DNA of 64,000 nt. Source: Patescibacteria group bacterium (GTDB lineage Bacteria > Patescibacteriota > Microgenomatia > UBA10105 > UBA927). The position numbers and the translations under genes were made by a program. A model generated the notes under the pieces. It searched no databases. It had not been told where the DNA came from and saw nothing but the letters and a program-made list of their open reading frames with translations. This document shows, one piece after another, positions 8,906 through 18,817 of this stretch; positions within the stretch are counted from its first letter, which is position 1; every line of letters starts with the position of its first letter. The stretch spans positions 67,715 to 131,714 of the forward strand of contig JBBTWJ010000005.1 in assembly GCA_038062895.1 (NCBI GenBank), given 5' to 3'.

Positions 8906-10767
8906 ATATAAAAAAAGCATTCAAACAGTTTATCAACCCCATGCCCGAGGATGTGGCGGTCAAACATGACCCTGCCGCCCCCCTTGAGGCACGAGACATG
9001 ATCGCGCCACCCACCATTCAAGTGGACTTTGACCACATCAAGGTGGGTGATCAATTTCACAGAACACTCTTTGTGGTGGGTTACCCGAGGTTCGTCACCG
9101 CCAACTGGCTTGAGCCGCTTATTTCATTTAACCATACGCTTGATGTTTCTATGTATATCTACCCCACACGGTCTGAAGAAATTCTTGAAAATCTCAAGCG
9201 GAAAATCGGTGAGATGGAGGCCACCATACAGTCCGATATGAAACGCGGCAGGGCTATTGAGCCGTCCGTCCAGGTGTCTCTTGAAGACGCGCTTGGTCTC
9301 CAGCAAGAGCTTGCCAAGGGCGCAGAGCGGTTTTTCCAGTTCGGTCTTTACATCACAATCCCTGCACGCACCATAGAGGAATTGGATAAAGTCACCAAGC
9401 AGGTAGAGGCCACCATGGGATCACTCCTCATCATCACAAAAAAAGCCGTACTTGCTATGGACGAAGGATTCCGGACTACCCTCCCTATGGGGCAAGACAG
9501 AATAATGGTCACCCGCAACATGGACACGACCACGCTGGCGACCACGTTCCCTTTTACCACGTCTGAACTTTCTGCAAACGAAGGGATCCTCTACGGCATG
9601 AATGAGCACAATGGAAGTTTAATAATTTTCGACCGGTTTACTTTAGAGAACGCAAACATGGTGGTGTTTGGCAAATCCGGAAGTGGAAAGTCGTTCATGG
9701 TGAAACTTGAGGCCATGCGCAGCCTTATGTTTGACACCGAAGTCATCATCATTGACCCGGAAAACGAATATGAATCCATGACCCACGCGCTTGGGGGCGA
9801 ATATATCCGCTTTCATTTTGGTACGACGACAAAAATCAATCCGTTTGACCTGGCACTTCTTCGCGCCGGAAGCGGCGAAAGCGAGCTCAATCAAAAAATC
9901 CTCGCGCTTCACGGATTTTTCCGGGTCGTCATGGGGACGCTCACACCCACAGAAGACGCACTTATTGACCGGGCTCTCATCCTCACCTACAAACAGCGTG
10001 GCATTACGCCAGACCCGGCAACACAGGGGCGCGAGCCACCACTCATGGAGGATTTATATAAATCGCTCATCGGCATGGAAGAACCGCTAGCGCGGGGCCT
10101 GGCTGACCGCATAGAAAAATTTGTAAAGGGGAGCCTGGTGGGAATATTTGACCAACAAACCAACGTGGAGATACGAAACCCTCTCACGGTGTTCTCCATA
10201 CGCGACCTAGAGGAGGAGCTTCGCCCTATCGCGATGTATCTCATTCTTGATTTTATCTGGACCAAGGTAAGGCGAGACCTAAAGCGCCGGCTTCTTATTG
10301 TCGACGAAGCGTGGTATATGATGAAGTTTCCGGACTCGGCCTACTTTATGAACTCTATTGCTAAAAGGGCGCGCAAATATTATCTAGGCGTCACCACCAT
10401 ATCCCAAGACGTCGAGGATTTTCTTGGCACAGACCTCGGTCGCGCGATCATCCAAAACAGCAGCCTACAGGTCCTTCTCAAACAATCGCCTGCCGCCATA
10501 GACCGCATCGCGGAGGCATTTTTTCTCTCTGAAGGAGAAAAACACCTCCTTCTCTCCGCTGACATTGGCGAGGGGCTCTTTTTTGCCGGACCAGCCCACG
10601 CTGCCATGCGCGTCATCGCAAGCCCAATTGAACACGACCTGGTCACCACTAAGCCGCAGGAGCTTATTGCTCAATCACAAAAAATAAAATCTGAAGAGCG
10701 GCTGCTGCCCACGTCTAACCGCCCCCTTTTTACCGTGGAGGCGGTGACGGGCAATAACGGACAATAA
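8902..10767 (+). CDS. virB4: VirB4/TrbE/PrgJ-like type IV secretion ATPase
   Basis: Walker A FGKSGSGKSF. Walker B LLIVDEAWYMM. N-terminal region (FHRTLFVVGYPRFV...WLEPL...YIYP) resembles the VirB4 N-domain. Confidence 0.8.
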   Translation: MNIKKAFKQFINPMPEDVAVKHDPAAPLEARDMIAPPTIQVDFDHIKVGDQFHRTLFVVGYPRFVTANWLEPLISFNHTLDVSMYIYPTRSEEILENLKRKIGEMEATIQSDMKRGRAIEPSVQVSLEDALGLQQELAKGAERFFQFGLYITIPARTIEELDKVTKQVEATMGSLLIITKKAVLAMDEGFRTTLPMGQDRIMVTRNMDTTTLATTFPFTTSELSANEGILYGMNEHNGSLIIFDRFTLENANMVVFGKSGSGKSFMVKLEAMRSLMFDTEVIIIDPENEYESMTHALGGEYIRFHFGTTTKINPFDLALLRAGSGESELNQKILALHGFFRVVMGTLTPTEDALIDRALILTYKQRGITPDPATQGREPPLMEDLYKSLIGMEEPLARGLADRIEKFVKGSLVGIFDQQTNVEIRNPLTVFSIRDLEEELRPIAMYLILDFIWTKVRRDLKRRLLIVDEAWYMMKFPDSAYFMNSIAKRARKYYLGVTTISQDVEDFLGTDLGRAIIQNSSLQVLLKQSPAAIDRIAEAFFLSEGEKHLLLSADIGEGLFFAGPAHAAMRVIASPIEHDLVTTKPQELIAQSQKIKSEERLLPTSNRPLFTVEAVTGNNGQ

Positions 10768-10769
10768 TC

Positions 10770-13160
10770 ATGGCTCAACAAACAGAAGAAAAACAAACGA
10801 TAAAAGAATTTATCGACAACCTCCTTGACGACCTATCCTCTGGAAGGATAACGCCCGAAGCCGCCCTCGTGGCCGCGGGACAATATGCGGGCTTACGAAA
10901 AACACTGCTTCAAGAGCTTGATGGCACCCTCTCTACACAAGACCCAGAAGGGGGGCTTTCGGTTGACGTGGTGACGCGCGCACTTCGCAGCGCAGAGGCC
11001 GCCATTGAGACCTACCCACCACAATTTCAGGCAGAGCGGCCCGACACTCCGTTGTCCCCTAAAGATGTATTAGAAAGGGCGCGTTCACTTCGCGCGGCAG
11101 AGACAATTGTCACAGGGGCTTGGGCGGACCAACACACCAAGGTCGAGGAGTTGCGCAAAACATTCATTACGAGGCTTGTCAAAAATTGGATTGCCAAAAC
11201 GCGGGAGGTTGGAGCGGAAGAAATAGATGAGGTCGCTCTGACGCGAAAGCTTGAGGGCGTGATTACCAGCGACCCGTTGGGGCCCGGGGCGACAAACGCC
11301 ATGGAGTCGGCGCTTAGCACGGCGCCCACCCAAAAAAACGCCGCAAGAGAGATGGTTCGCGACGCACAGCCCGCGAGGCAAGAGCTCGCTGCGGCAGTGG
11401 CCAGCATTGAGAGCGTTCGGGCGGTATCAAGGGCTGTGTTTGGGCGCGCTGGATCGCCCAACGTCGACCACTTCGCTACAATCGCCACCCACATCGTCAC
11501 GTCTTCGGGGTTGCCCGCACAAGAAGCGGTCAGGCGCGCCGATGCGTTATCCCGCGCGGCAGAAGCCGCGTCCTCCTCTATTCCCAACGAAACTTCCCTG
11601 CTTGCCTCCGGCCGATTTTTTAGCAATTTAGCAGAGGGACCGGCACAAAAATTGGTCGCGGCGGCGGCGGATGCATTATTTGCCCAACTTTCTCCTCTCG
11701 CCCAACAAAACGTGATTCGCTCTGCGTTTTCCAGGGCGCTTGAGGGGGCGCTTAGTAAAACTGACGACCTTACGCTCCGCTTTGGGAAAAATTTCGTGGA
11801 CAGCGAGCTGTTCCGCGTCGTCATTGAGGGGGCAAAAAAAGAATTTGCCCAAGAACCGGGAGGCGGCGGAACAGGAACGAGGCAAGCCCGCAGCGTGATT
11901 GAGGACATTCTCGGATCCGTCCTTCGGGGCCCGGCCGCGGCGCCGCTTCTCGCCGGACCCCGCGAGACAATACTCAATTATTTTGAGCTTATGGCTATCA
12001 ACGCCGGGCTTGCGGATGATAAAAAGTTGCCTCTTTTTGGAAAAACCGACGGGTTAGCGCTCCTCCTTTCTTCTCCGGCGGGAAACGGAAAAGCCGCCCC
12101 AAGCGCTAGCCTTGTCGCGGCTGCCGCCTCTCTTTCGGGACAACTCCCATCTTGGCAACAGTATTATATGATGGCAACTTCCCTTGTCTCGCCCGCGGCC
12201 GCGTCCCCATCTTCTTTCCCGTCGGGCCCGGGCGTCCCGCAGGTTGGTTTTTCCGGGGGTGGATTGGGGGGCGCCATAAGCGGCGCCCTGGCGGGAGCAG
12301 GCTTGGGCCTTGCGGGACTTGGGGGGCGCATGGGTGGCAATTTTTTAAACACGATATTTGGCGGCGCCCCCTCTTCCCCCTTCGGAAGAAGGTCAGAAAA
12401 AACCAGCTTTTGGGACGACACTCCCCTCATGATCTCCGTGTTTATCGGTGTCGCGATCGTGCTTCTTTTTGTACTCCCGACGTTTTTCAATGTTGGGTCT
12501 ATAAAATCCAACACCATTACCTCTTCGTTATTAAACGCCGCAGCTGAAGCCGAAAGACGCGGACGAGACAGGGTGGGTGGATTTGACAAACAATATCCGC
12601 AACCTCCAGACTATCTCGACCCATCGCTTTTTACTGGAAAAGAGTTTGCCTGCTTGTCGTTTGGAGACGGGTTTGACACCGGCGCAGGAACAAGCCGAAA
12701 AATCACCAACACAGAAGCTTCTCGACTTGCGACCGTCCTGACAAAATTTCCTCAAATAAACGTGCTCTCTTGTGGCTTGTCGTGTCCTGCAAAAAAAATT
12801 AACATAACGGTTTTTTCTGAGCTAAGCGACTATGGTGGCTTTGCCCCGCCGTCCCACCCAGGAAACGTCATTCTCTATCAACACGTGTTTACAAATTATG
12901 ACGACCAACTCCTCGCGTATCTCCTTGCCCACGAACTGGCTCACAACATTGATTGGTTTCAAGATCCTCTTTCTGTGGGATTTCAAAAACTTGGGTGCGG
13001 AAGCGTGCCCCCATCAACATACCATTTCGGCGGGGACTCCCACGAGTCGTTTGCCGAGTCGGTGGCGCTTTATCTCATAAACCACCCGGAAATAAAAACG
13101 TACTGCGATGGGAAGGCATATAACTATTTAAATGGCGCGCTTAATCAGTGCAGACAGTGA
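10770..13160 (+). CDS. Large Ala/Gly-rich protein with a central TM helix and a C-terminal domain carrying an HExxH zinc-metallopeptidase-like motif
   Basis: TM LMISVFIGVAIVLLFVLPTFF. HELAH at nt 12930-12944 (LLAHELAHNIDW). Gly-rich linker GFSGGGLGGAISGALAGAGLGLAGLGG. Confidence 0.6.
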   Translation: MAQQTEEKQTIKEFIDNLLDDLSSGRITPEAALVAAGQYAGLRKTLLQELDGTLSTQDPEGGLSVDVVTRALRSAEAAIETYPPQFQAERPDTPLSPKDVLERARSLRAAETIVTGAWADQHTKVEELRKTFITRLVKNWIAKTREVGAEEIDEVALTRKLEGVITSDPLGPGATNAMESALSTAPTQKNAAREMVRDAQPARQELAAAVASIESVRAVSRAVFGRAGSPNVDHFATIATHIVTSSGLPAQEAVRRADALSRAAEAASSSIPNETSLLASGRFFSNLAEGPAQKLVAAAADALFAQLSPLAQQNVIRSAFSRALEGALSKTDDLTLRFGKNFVDSELFRVVIEGAKKEFAQEPGGGGTGTRQARSVIEDILGSVLRGPAAAPLLAGPRETILNYFELMAINAGLADDKKLPLFGKTDGLALLLSSPAGNGKAAPSASLVAAAASLSGQLPSWQQYYMMATSLVSPAAASPSSFPSGPGVPQVGFSGGGLGGAISGALAGAGLGLAGLGGRMGGNFLNTIFGGAPSSPFGRRSEKTSFWDDTPLMISVFIGVAIVLLFVLPTFFNVGSIKSNTITSSLLNAAAEAERRGRDRVGGFDKQYPQPPDYLDPSLFTGKEFACLSFGDGFDTGAGTSRKITNTEASRLATVLTKFPQINVLSCGLSCPAKKINITVFSELSDYGGFAPPSHPGNVILYQHVFTNYDDQLLAYLLAHELAHNIDWFQDPLSVGFQKLGCGSVPPSTYHFGGDSHESFAESVALYLINHPEIKTYCDGKAYNYLNGALNQCRQ

Positions 13161-13171
13161 CCTTCGCCGTC

Positions 13172-14281
13172 TTATTCCGAGGACACTCTCACGGGCATGA
13201 TGATATGGAGGAATGCGAGATCTTTGGACGACCGAAAGGCCCCGGGGTTTAATGCGCCGGTCATTTCAAGCGCCACATCACTCCCTGGAAAATTAGCAAG
13301 AAGCTCTGCGAGAAACCTGCTGTTGAAGGCAATGTCTCCCTCCTCCCCTTCGGTTTTCGCGTCCACCTCGACGGTGTTCTCCCCTACTTGCGGGGCGTTG
13401 GCGGAAATCGTGAGTGAGTTTTTTGCAATATGAAGCCGGACAATATTGGCGCTGTCGCGGGCGAATATGCTTGCTGATTTCACAGCCCTCGTGAGGGCCT
13501 CTACGTCAAGGGTTGCTGTCGTTGTGTGTTTGGAGGGGATAATTTTTTCAAAGTTGGGGTACTCTCCTTCTATCCGGCGGGTAATAATGGTGGTATCTCC
13601 CACCGCCACCACCAGCTGCCCGTCCCCCGCATCAGAAAGCAAAACATCTTTAACCTCTTTATCTTCTTGGCATAAGCGCAAAACCTCTCCCAGCGCACGG
13701 CCAGGAACAACGAAGCTCGTGTCTTTCGGAAGAACAAGCGTGGACTGATATACCGACAGGCGGTATCCATCGGTCGCGGCAAAGAGCGCCCCTTCTTCTT
13801 TTTGAACGATTCTCACCCCCGTCAGCAAGGGCCGCCCCTCGTCCGTAGACGCCGCAAACAAAACGAGAGACAAAATAGAGACCAACCTTCCTCTCTCAAG
13901 CGGAACTTCTTTCTTTGTGACGGCTTTGCCCGCAGGAGGAAACTCCCCGGCAGCCACGCCCGCAACCGTTGCCCGCACGCCCCCACAAGACACGCGAAGC
14001 GACCCCTCCTTCTCTTCGAGTGTCACGGTGTCCTGTGGAAGAGAGGAAATAAGTTCAGAGAACACCTTCGCCGGCACGCAAAGACCCCCTTCTTTTTCTA
14101 CTTTCGCGCCGACCAACACCGTCTCTGTCGTCTCTATGGACGAGGCAGTGATCAAGAGCCCTTCCTTCGTTGCGTTTATCAAAAGATGAGAGAGGATAGG
14201 GAGAAGGGGCTTCGTTGAAATAACTCTGTTCGTCCGGGTTACTGCCTTTACAAGGTTTTCTTGAAGTATAGAGACTTTCAT
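13172..14281 (-). CDS. dnaN: DNA polymerase III beta sliding clamp
   Basis: 369 aa. N-terminal MKVSILQENLVKAV...PILSHLLI pattern typical of DnaN. Positioned immediately downstream of dnaA. Confidence 0.85.
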   Translation of the reverse strand: MKVSILQENLVKAVTRTNRVISTKPLLPILSHLLINATKEGLLITASSIETTETVLVGAKVEKEGGLCVPAKVFSELISSLPQDTVTLEEKEGSLRVSCGGVRATVAGVAAGEFPPAGKAVTKKEVPLERGRLVSILSLVLFAASTDEGRPLLTGVRIVQKEEGALFAATDGYRLSVYQSTLVLPKDTSFVVPGRALGEVLRLCQEDKEVKDVLLSDAGDGQLVVAVGDTTIITRRIEGEYPNFEKIIPSKHTTTATLDVEALTRAVKSASIFARDSANIVRLHIAKNSLTISANAPQVGENTVEVDAKTEGEEGDIAFNSRFLAELLANFPGSDVALEMTGALNPGAFRSSKDLAFLHIIMPVRVSSE

Positions 14282-14400
14282 TGTTTATTTATTCGTCGTA
14301 GTAGTAAGTAACGAGCGTGGAAAAGTGTACGACGTTTGCGTGCGGGTGTCAACGACAAGGAGAAGGCGGGGCGAGGGGCGTGGAAAACACGCAGTTTCTT

Positions 14401-14450
14401 TGTGGATAAAGATGTGGATAAGGGGCGGGCGAATGTGGAAAAGTGGATAT
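14401..14450. promoter_or_regulatory. DnaA-box cluster in the dnaA-dnaN intergenic region: two perfect TGTGGATAA (= TTATCCACA) boxes plus degenerate copies
   Basis: Perfect 9-mers at 14401-14409 and 14413-14421. tgtggaaaa and gtggatat variants follow. Confidence 0.75.
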
Positions 14451-14470
14451 GTTGGGCCAGGGAAACGGAC

Positions 14471-15844
14471 TTATGCCCACAACCGCTTCTTTATCCCCTC
14501 TACGTCTGTGCGGAGACGCTCGTTGATGGAGAGCTCTTGAGTAATGGTTTCAACCCCATGCATGATCGTGGTGTGGTCGCGGCCCCCAAGAAGGCCGCCG
14601 ATGTCCTCAAGCGTTAGTCCCAGTTCGGTTTTACACAGATACATAATGATTTGCCGGGGCCTTGCGATGGGGCGGTCTCGCTTGGGGCTTTTGATCGTGG
14701 TTGGTTTGATGCTGAAATAGTTGGCAACCACCTCCAGAACCTCTTGTGGTGGTACGCGCTTGTCGTGTTTGGCGATGCCGCCGCTCCCCACGACCGCCTT
14801 GGATCCCAACAGCGACGCGACGAGCTCCGGGGTGGCCGGCCCAACGCCCGGCGCGGTAAGTTTTCGTAAAAATCCCTCGATGGCCCTCGTGTCGGTCAGG
14901 TTGGCCGCAACAAGTTGGGCGGCCTCCGAAGGAACCGTGATTTCGAGAGCCGCTGATTTAATATTGACGATTGCCACCCGTAGCTCAAAGTTGGGCGGGG
15001 CGATGTCCACCGTCAATCCCCCCTCGAACCGGCTGCGGAGCCGGTCTTCAAGTTTGGCAATCTCTGACGGCGGTCGGTCGCTCGTGAGGATGATCTGTGT
15101 CCCCTCGCGATGGAGCGCGTTGAAGGTGTGAAAAAATTCCTCCTGGGTTTGTTGTTTGCCGGCGATAAACTGGACGTCATCGACCAAAAAAAGCTGTGCC
15201 GTGCGGTATTTTTGTCGAAACTGGCGGTTGGTTTTTGTTTGGATGGCCTCAACGATTTCGTTGGTAAATTCCTCTCCCATACAATAGACGAGCTTAACGT
15301 TGGGCTTTTTAGCAAGAATGGCGTTTGCTACGGCGTGCATGAGGTGCGTCTTCCCCACTCCGACGCCACCATAAAGGAATAAGGGGTTATACGCGCCGCC
15401 AGGATTTTTGGCGACGGCGGTGGCGGCGGCATAAGCCAGCTGATTGGTGGTGGATACGGCAAAATTGTCAAACGAGGCGTCAGCCCGAATATGGAGCCGT
15501 CGGGCCGCATCCAACGGCCCGATTGTCGACGGAACAAACGAGGAAGCGTTTTGTGTGGAAAATAATGGGCCAGCGTCGTCACCCTCAAGGCGGTTGTGTT
15601 TGGCGGCCACCACAAACACCAGGCTCACATTTTCATTGGTGTGGTGGTCAAGGATGCTTTTGATGAGGCTGTAATAGCGCGATTCAACGAGCGTCCGTAT
15701 GGGCGCATTGGGGATACCGATGGTTGCAACACTGCTCGCAAGAGACAAAAGAGAAGACCCTTTGAATTGGGTATGAAAAGCAACGCGAGAGACAGAAAGC
15801 TCGACTTCCGCAAGGCACGTTTTCCAGAGTTTTTCCAGATCCAT
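14471..15844 (-). CDS. dnaA: Chromosomal replication initiator DnaA
   Basis: AAA+ Walker A GGVGVGKTHLMHA. Sensor motifs ILTSDRPP. C-terminal DNA-binding signature DHTTIMHGVETI. Confidence 0.9.
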   Translation of the reverse strand: MDLEKLWKTCLAEVELSVSRVAFHTQFKGSSLLSLASSVATIGIPNAPIRTLVESRYYSLIKSILDHHTNENVSLVFVVAAKHNRLEGDDAGPLFSTQNASSFVPSTIGPLDAARRLHIRADASFDNFAVSTTNQLAYAAATAVAKNPGGAYNPLFLYGGVGVGKTHLMHAVANAILAKKPNVKLVYCMGEEFTNEIVEAIQTKTNRQFRQKYRTAQLFLVDDVQFIAGKQQTQEEFFHTFNALHREGTQIILTSDRPPSEIAKLEDRLRSRFEGGLTVDIAPPNFELRVAIVNIKSAALEITVPSEAAQLVAANLTDTRAIEGFLRKLTAPGVGPATPELVASLLGSKAVVGSGGIAKHDKRVPPQEVLEVVANYFSIKPTTIKSPKRDRPIARPRQIIMYLCKTELGLTLEDIGGLLGGRDHTTIMHGVETITQELSINERLRTDVEGIKKRLWA

Positions 15845-15902
15845 ATGTGATGAGCACGTGATAAAATAATCTGATTAGCGCGTGACGTGGGCAGAAGGAG
15901 GC

Positions 15903-15920
15903 GTGGATAACTTATCCACA
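15903..15920. promoter_or_regulatory. Back-to-back inverted DnaA boxes GTGGATAAC/TTATCCACA upstream of dnaA (oriC/autoregulatory region)
   Basis: Read directly. Confidence 0.75.
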
Positions 15921-15937
15921 TCCTAGAAAGTTTTACT

Positions 15938-18814
15938 ATGATTGTCAAGGGCAACATAAAAAGGTTTTTACAACAAGCCCTATCTGTTTTTCAAAACAAT
16001 GGAGAAGTTGTTATTTTTTTCTTCTTTCTTCTGGCGTCTTTATTTTTAGGAGACGGGAAGCAGCCGCTTGTCGATGTGTGGTGGGCGTTGGGGATTCTGA
16101 CGATGTATGGGGCGCGGTATTATCAAAGGGGCAAGCTCGATCTCCAGCCACTCTCCCGCCCGACTGGATTTTTGTGGTCGGCGCTTATCGTGTATTTCAT
16201 TATATTGATTCCTTTTTCCGATAGCGCGGGATATTCTATCAGCGCAACAATGCGACTGATTGAGGGATATTTGGTCTATGTGATGTTTCACGCGGTTGCT
16301 TCAGAGCCCCGCGGCAACGTCTCAACAGCGAGCCCCCTCAAGGGGAGTCCAGTTGATTTGTTTGCCCGGGGACTTCTATTTGTTGGGGTAGTAGCAACAA
16401 GCGCTTCATTTGTGTTTCTTCTCTACCCTTCCTTTGCCCGGCTTTTGCCGCCCATGAACCTGCTTTATGCCAACTACGGACACAACCATCTGGCAGATTT
16501 GTTGTTATTTATCTTTCCCGTCGCGATTGGGTTGGTTGAAAAGAAAAAAAACACTTGGGTGTTTGGGGCGCTTGGGTTATTTAGTGTTGGCATGCTTCTC
16601 ACCTTTGCCCGCGGGGCGTGGGTTCTTCTTGTTTTTTACCTTTTATTTCTTGTCGTAGGAAGCAAAAGTCAATTAATAAGAAGGGTTGGGCTGTCTGTCG
16701 CGGCGGCTTCTGTCGCGGCCCTCCTCACTGTTTCTCTTGTTTCTCTTCGTGGAGCACCACAGGGCAGCGGCTTAATGGCGAGACTTGCGAGCCAGACTCA
16801 AAAATCATCGCTCCTGCAGGACGGGCGGTGGGAGTACTGGGGGCAATCCATTGAGGCGATAAAAGAGCGTCCCCTTTTTGGGAGCGGCCCGGGGACGTTT
16901 TATTTGGAGTCGAAACGGCTACAGTCGCGCCCGAATTCGTGGTCATGGTTTGCCCATAGCTTTCCGCTGCAAACAACAACAGAAATTGGATTCGTGGGGA
17001 CATTAATTTTTTTGTTTTTGATTTATATCATGCTTCGAGAAGCATGGTTTGGCTTGTCATCAACCAAAGACAACGACGGTGCGCCGCTATTACTATCAGG
17101 GGCGGTCCTAGTTTTTTTCTATGGATTTTTTGAGTTCACCATGGATTATGTCGCGGTCTGGATACTGCTTTGTGCGACACTTGGCTTGTTAATTGAACAT
17201 GATGCCAGCATTCATAAGGAGGGATCAACGCGTGGAGCCACTGAAATTGCCCTGATTGTGTTGGCGGCATTTTATTTTTCGTCTCTCGGTAGCATTGTGG
17301 CCACAGCAGCAAACAATAAATCATTTGCGTTTGGACTGGCCCCATATAACGCTGGCGCCGCAAAAGACGCGCTTGCTTCCCAAGGGCCCATGCAAATTAC
17401 GGCGCTGACCGGTAGGATTTTAGCTTTTTTTCATAAAGCCAACCCGGAGATTTTTTCATTGCTTGCGGCCGCGGAGAATGATGTGCTTCGTAATGCGCGC
17501 GCGCGCGAAACTCTAATTGAAATCGATCCCTGGGGGAAAACAGCATTTGAAGCGGCAAAGAATTTAATTCTACAAGGGTCGTGGGACCGGGCCGGATTAA
17601 TAATTTCTTCCAAACAGGGACACGAGGAAAACTACGCAGAACGCAAAGAGCTTTCCGGTTTAATGCTTGATCTGGGAGATGGACTTTATAAAGCGGGAAG
17701 ATGGGCCGAGGCGGGACAATGGTATATGCGCGCACAAGAAGAAGACGCGTGGGCGCTTAACCGGCATGAACCGGCATTCCTCCGGTTTCGTGCGAAACCC
17801 CAGGAGGCGCTATTCTTTTTTGACAATCTGATCCCAACCCCTGGTAATTATTTGGGTAAACATAGAGACGCCTACGCTCGTGAGTGGCTTAGTGCGCTGG
17901 TTGAAACCATTCGATCGGGGGAATCCGCCGATGTGGCCAAACACGTTCGTGCAATCGGATTGCTCGCTCCATGGATGAAAAATCAACTATGGAAAGATGT
18001 TGGATTACTGCTTGTGGATCAATCAAAAAATGATGAAAATAACGGAAATTATTCTGCGGCATCAGAAAAAGCCCTGTTAGTCTTTGCGCTATATCATGTA
18101 TTTCCTGAAAATCTGTCTAATCTTGATTGGGAGCTACGTAAAAAGGCCTCGATAGAGATGATGGAATTGGGAAATGTTGTCGCGTCACGCGACCTCATCA
18201 TCACAGAAAAATTGCAGGAGGCCGCCATGGATATGGTCTCATGGGTCGGGCGGTATGCACCTTCGTGGTATGAAGATCTGAATTCAAAGAAAACGACAGC
18301 AGAATTGCTTATGGATTATCTTGATAGCCCCAACAGCAAAGTTGGAAATTGGGCAAACAAAAGTCGCACACATGCGGCGATATTGTTGATAGAAAAACTT
18401 ATTGACGAGGGCAATCCTAAAGATGTTTATAGTTATGCAAAACAAATGACCGCCGTGAATGAAGTTAATTATGAAAGACGAAATAATCTTGTCGTTCGTC
18501 TTCAAAACAAAATAGATAGTTTATTGCTCGCAGGCAACGCGTCGGATGCACAACATCTTATGCGGTCTATGAAATTACTATTACCGGACGATTACTGGGT
18601 ACAAGCGCAAGAGGGATATTTTTATCTCGCGGCAGGTAACGCCGGAAAAGCGAAAGAAGCCTTTGCGGCGTGTACAACATCCAGGCCGCCGGGTCATAAA
18701 GACTGCACGTTGGGACTCGGGCAATTACATGGAACAACATTTTCAAAAACTAGATATCAGCAAATATCTTCTATTTTACAAAAAAAGAAACGGTGGCAAG
18801 ATTTTACCCGGTAA
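15938..18814 (+). CDS. O-antigen ligase (Wzy_C)-like polytopic membrane domain fused to a long C-terminal helical/TPR-like repeat domain
   Basis: About 10 TM helices in the first ~430 aa. Helical repeat region thereafter. Confidence 0.6.
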   Translation: MIVKGNIKRFLQQALSVFQNNGEVVIFFFFLLASLFLGDGKQPLVDVWWALGILTMYGARYYQRGKLDLQPLSRPTGFLWSALIVYFIILIPFSDSAGYSISATMRLIEGYLVYVMFHAVASEPRGNVSTASPLKGSPVDLFARGLLFVGVVATSASFVFLLYPSFARLLPPMNLLYANYGHNHLADLLLFIFPVAIGLVEKKKNTWVFGALGLFSVGMLLTFARGAWVLLVFYLLFLVVGSKSQLIRRVGLSVAAASVAALLTVSLVSLRGAPQGSGLMARLASQTQKSSLLQDGRWEYWGQSIEAIKERPLFGSGPGTFYLESKRLQSRPNSWSWFAHSFPLQTTTEIGFVGTLIFLFLIYIMLREAWFGLSSTKDNDGAPLLLSGAVLVFFYGFFEFTMDYVAVWILLCATLGLLIEHDASIHKEGSTRGATEIALIVLAAFYFSSLGSIVATAANNKSFAFGLAPYNAGAAKDALASQGPMQITALTGRILAFFHKANPEIFSLLAAAENDVLRNARARETLIEIDPWGKTAFEAAKNLILQGSWDRAGLIISSKQGHEENYAERKELSGLMLDLGDGLYKAGRWAEAGQWYMRAQEEDAWALNRHEPAFLRFRAKPQEALFFFDNLIPTPGNYLGKHRDAYAREWLSALVETIRSGESADVAKHVRAIGLLAPWMKNQLWKDVGLLLVDQSKNDENNGNYSAASEKALLVFALYHVFPENLSNLDWELRKKASIEMMELGNVVASRDLIITEKLQEAAMDMVSWVGRYAPSWYEDLNSKKTTAELLMDYLDSPNSKVGNWANKSRTHAAILLIEKLIDEGNPKDVYSYAKQMTAVNEVNYERRNNLVVRLQNKIDSLLLAGNASDAQHLMRSMKLLLPDDYWVQAQEGYFYLAAGNAGKAKEAFAACTTSRPPGHKDCTLGLGQLHGTTFSKTRYQQISSILQKKKRWQDFTR

Positions 18815-18817
18815 CAA

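Noticed and set aside
8204-10767. Possibility that 8204-8905 and 8902-10767 are two halves of a split or frameshifted VirB4
   Set aside because: The 621-aa ORF already begins with the typical VirB4 N-terminal block and has a normal length for Gram-positive-type VirB4. The 233-aa ORF is therefore treated as a separate coupled gene.
11027-11977. 316-aa ORF on the minus strand inside the 796-aa plus-strand gene. The same applies to many other antisense ORFs of 60-150 aa inside long genes (e.g. 1907-2188, 5296-5727, 14721-15131, 7562-7930).
   Set aside because: They are embedded in longer ORFs with clear motifs and lie in GC-rich sequence where stop codons are rare in all frames. They have no RBS or motif support. 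Treated as frame artefacts.
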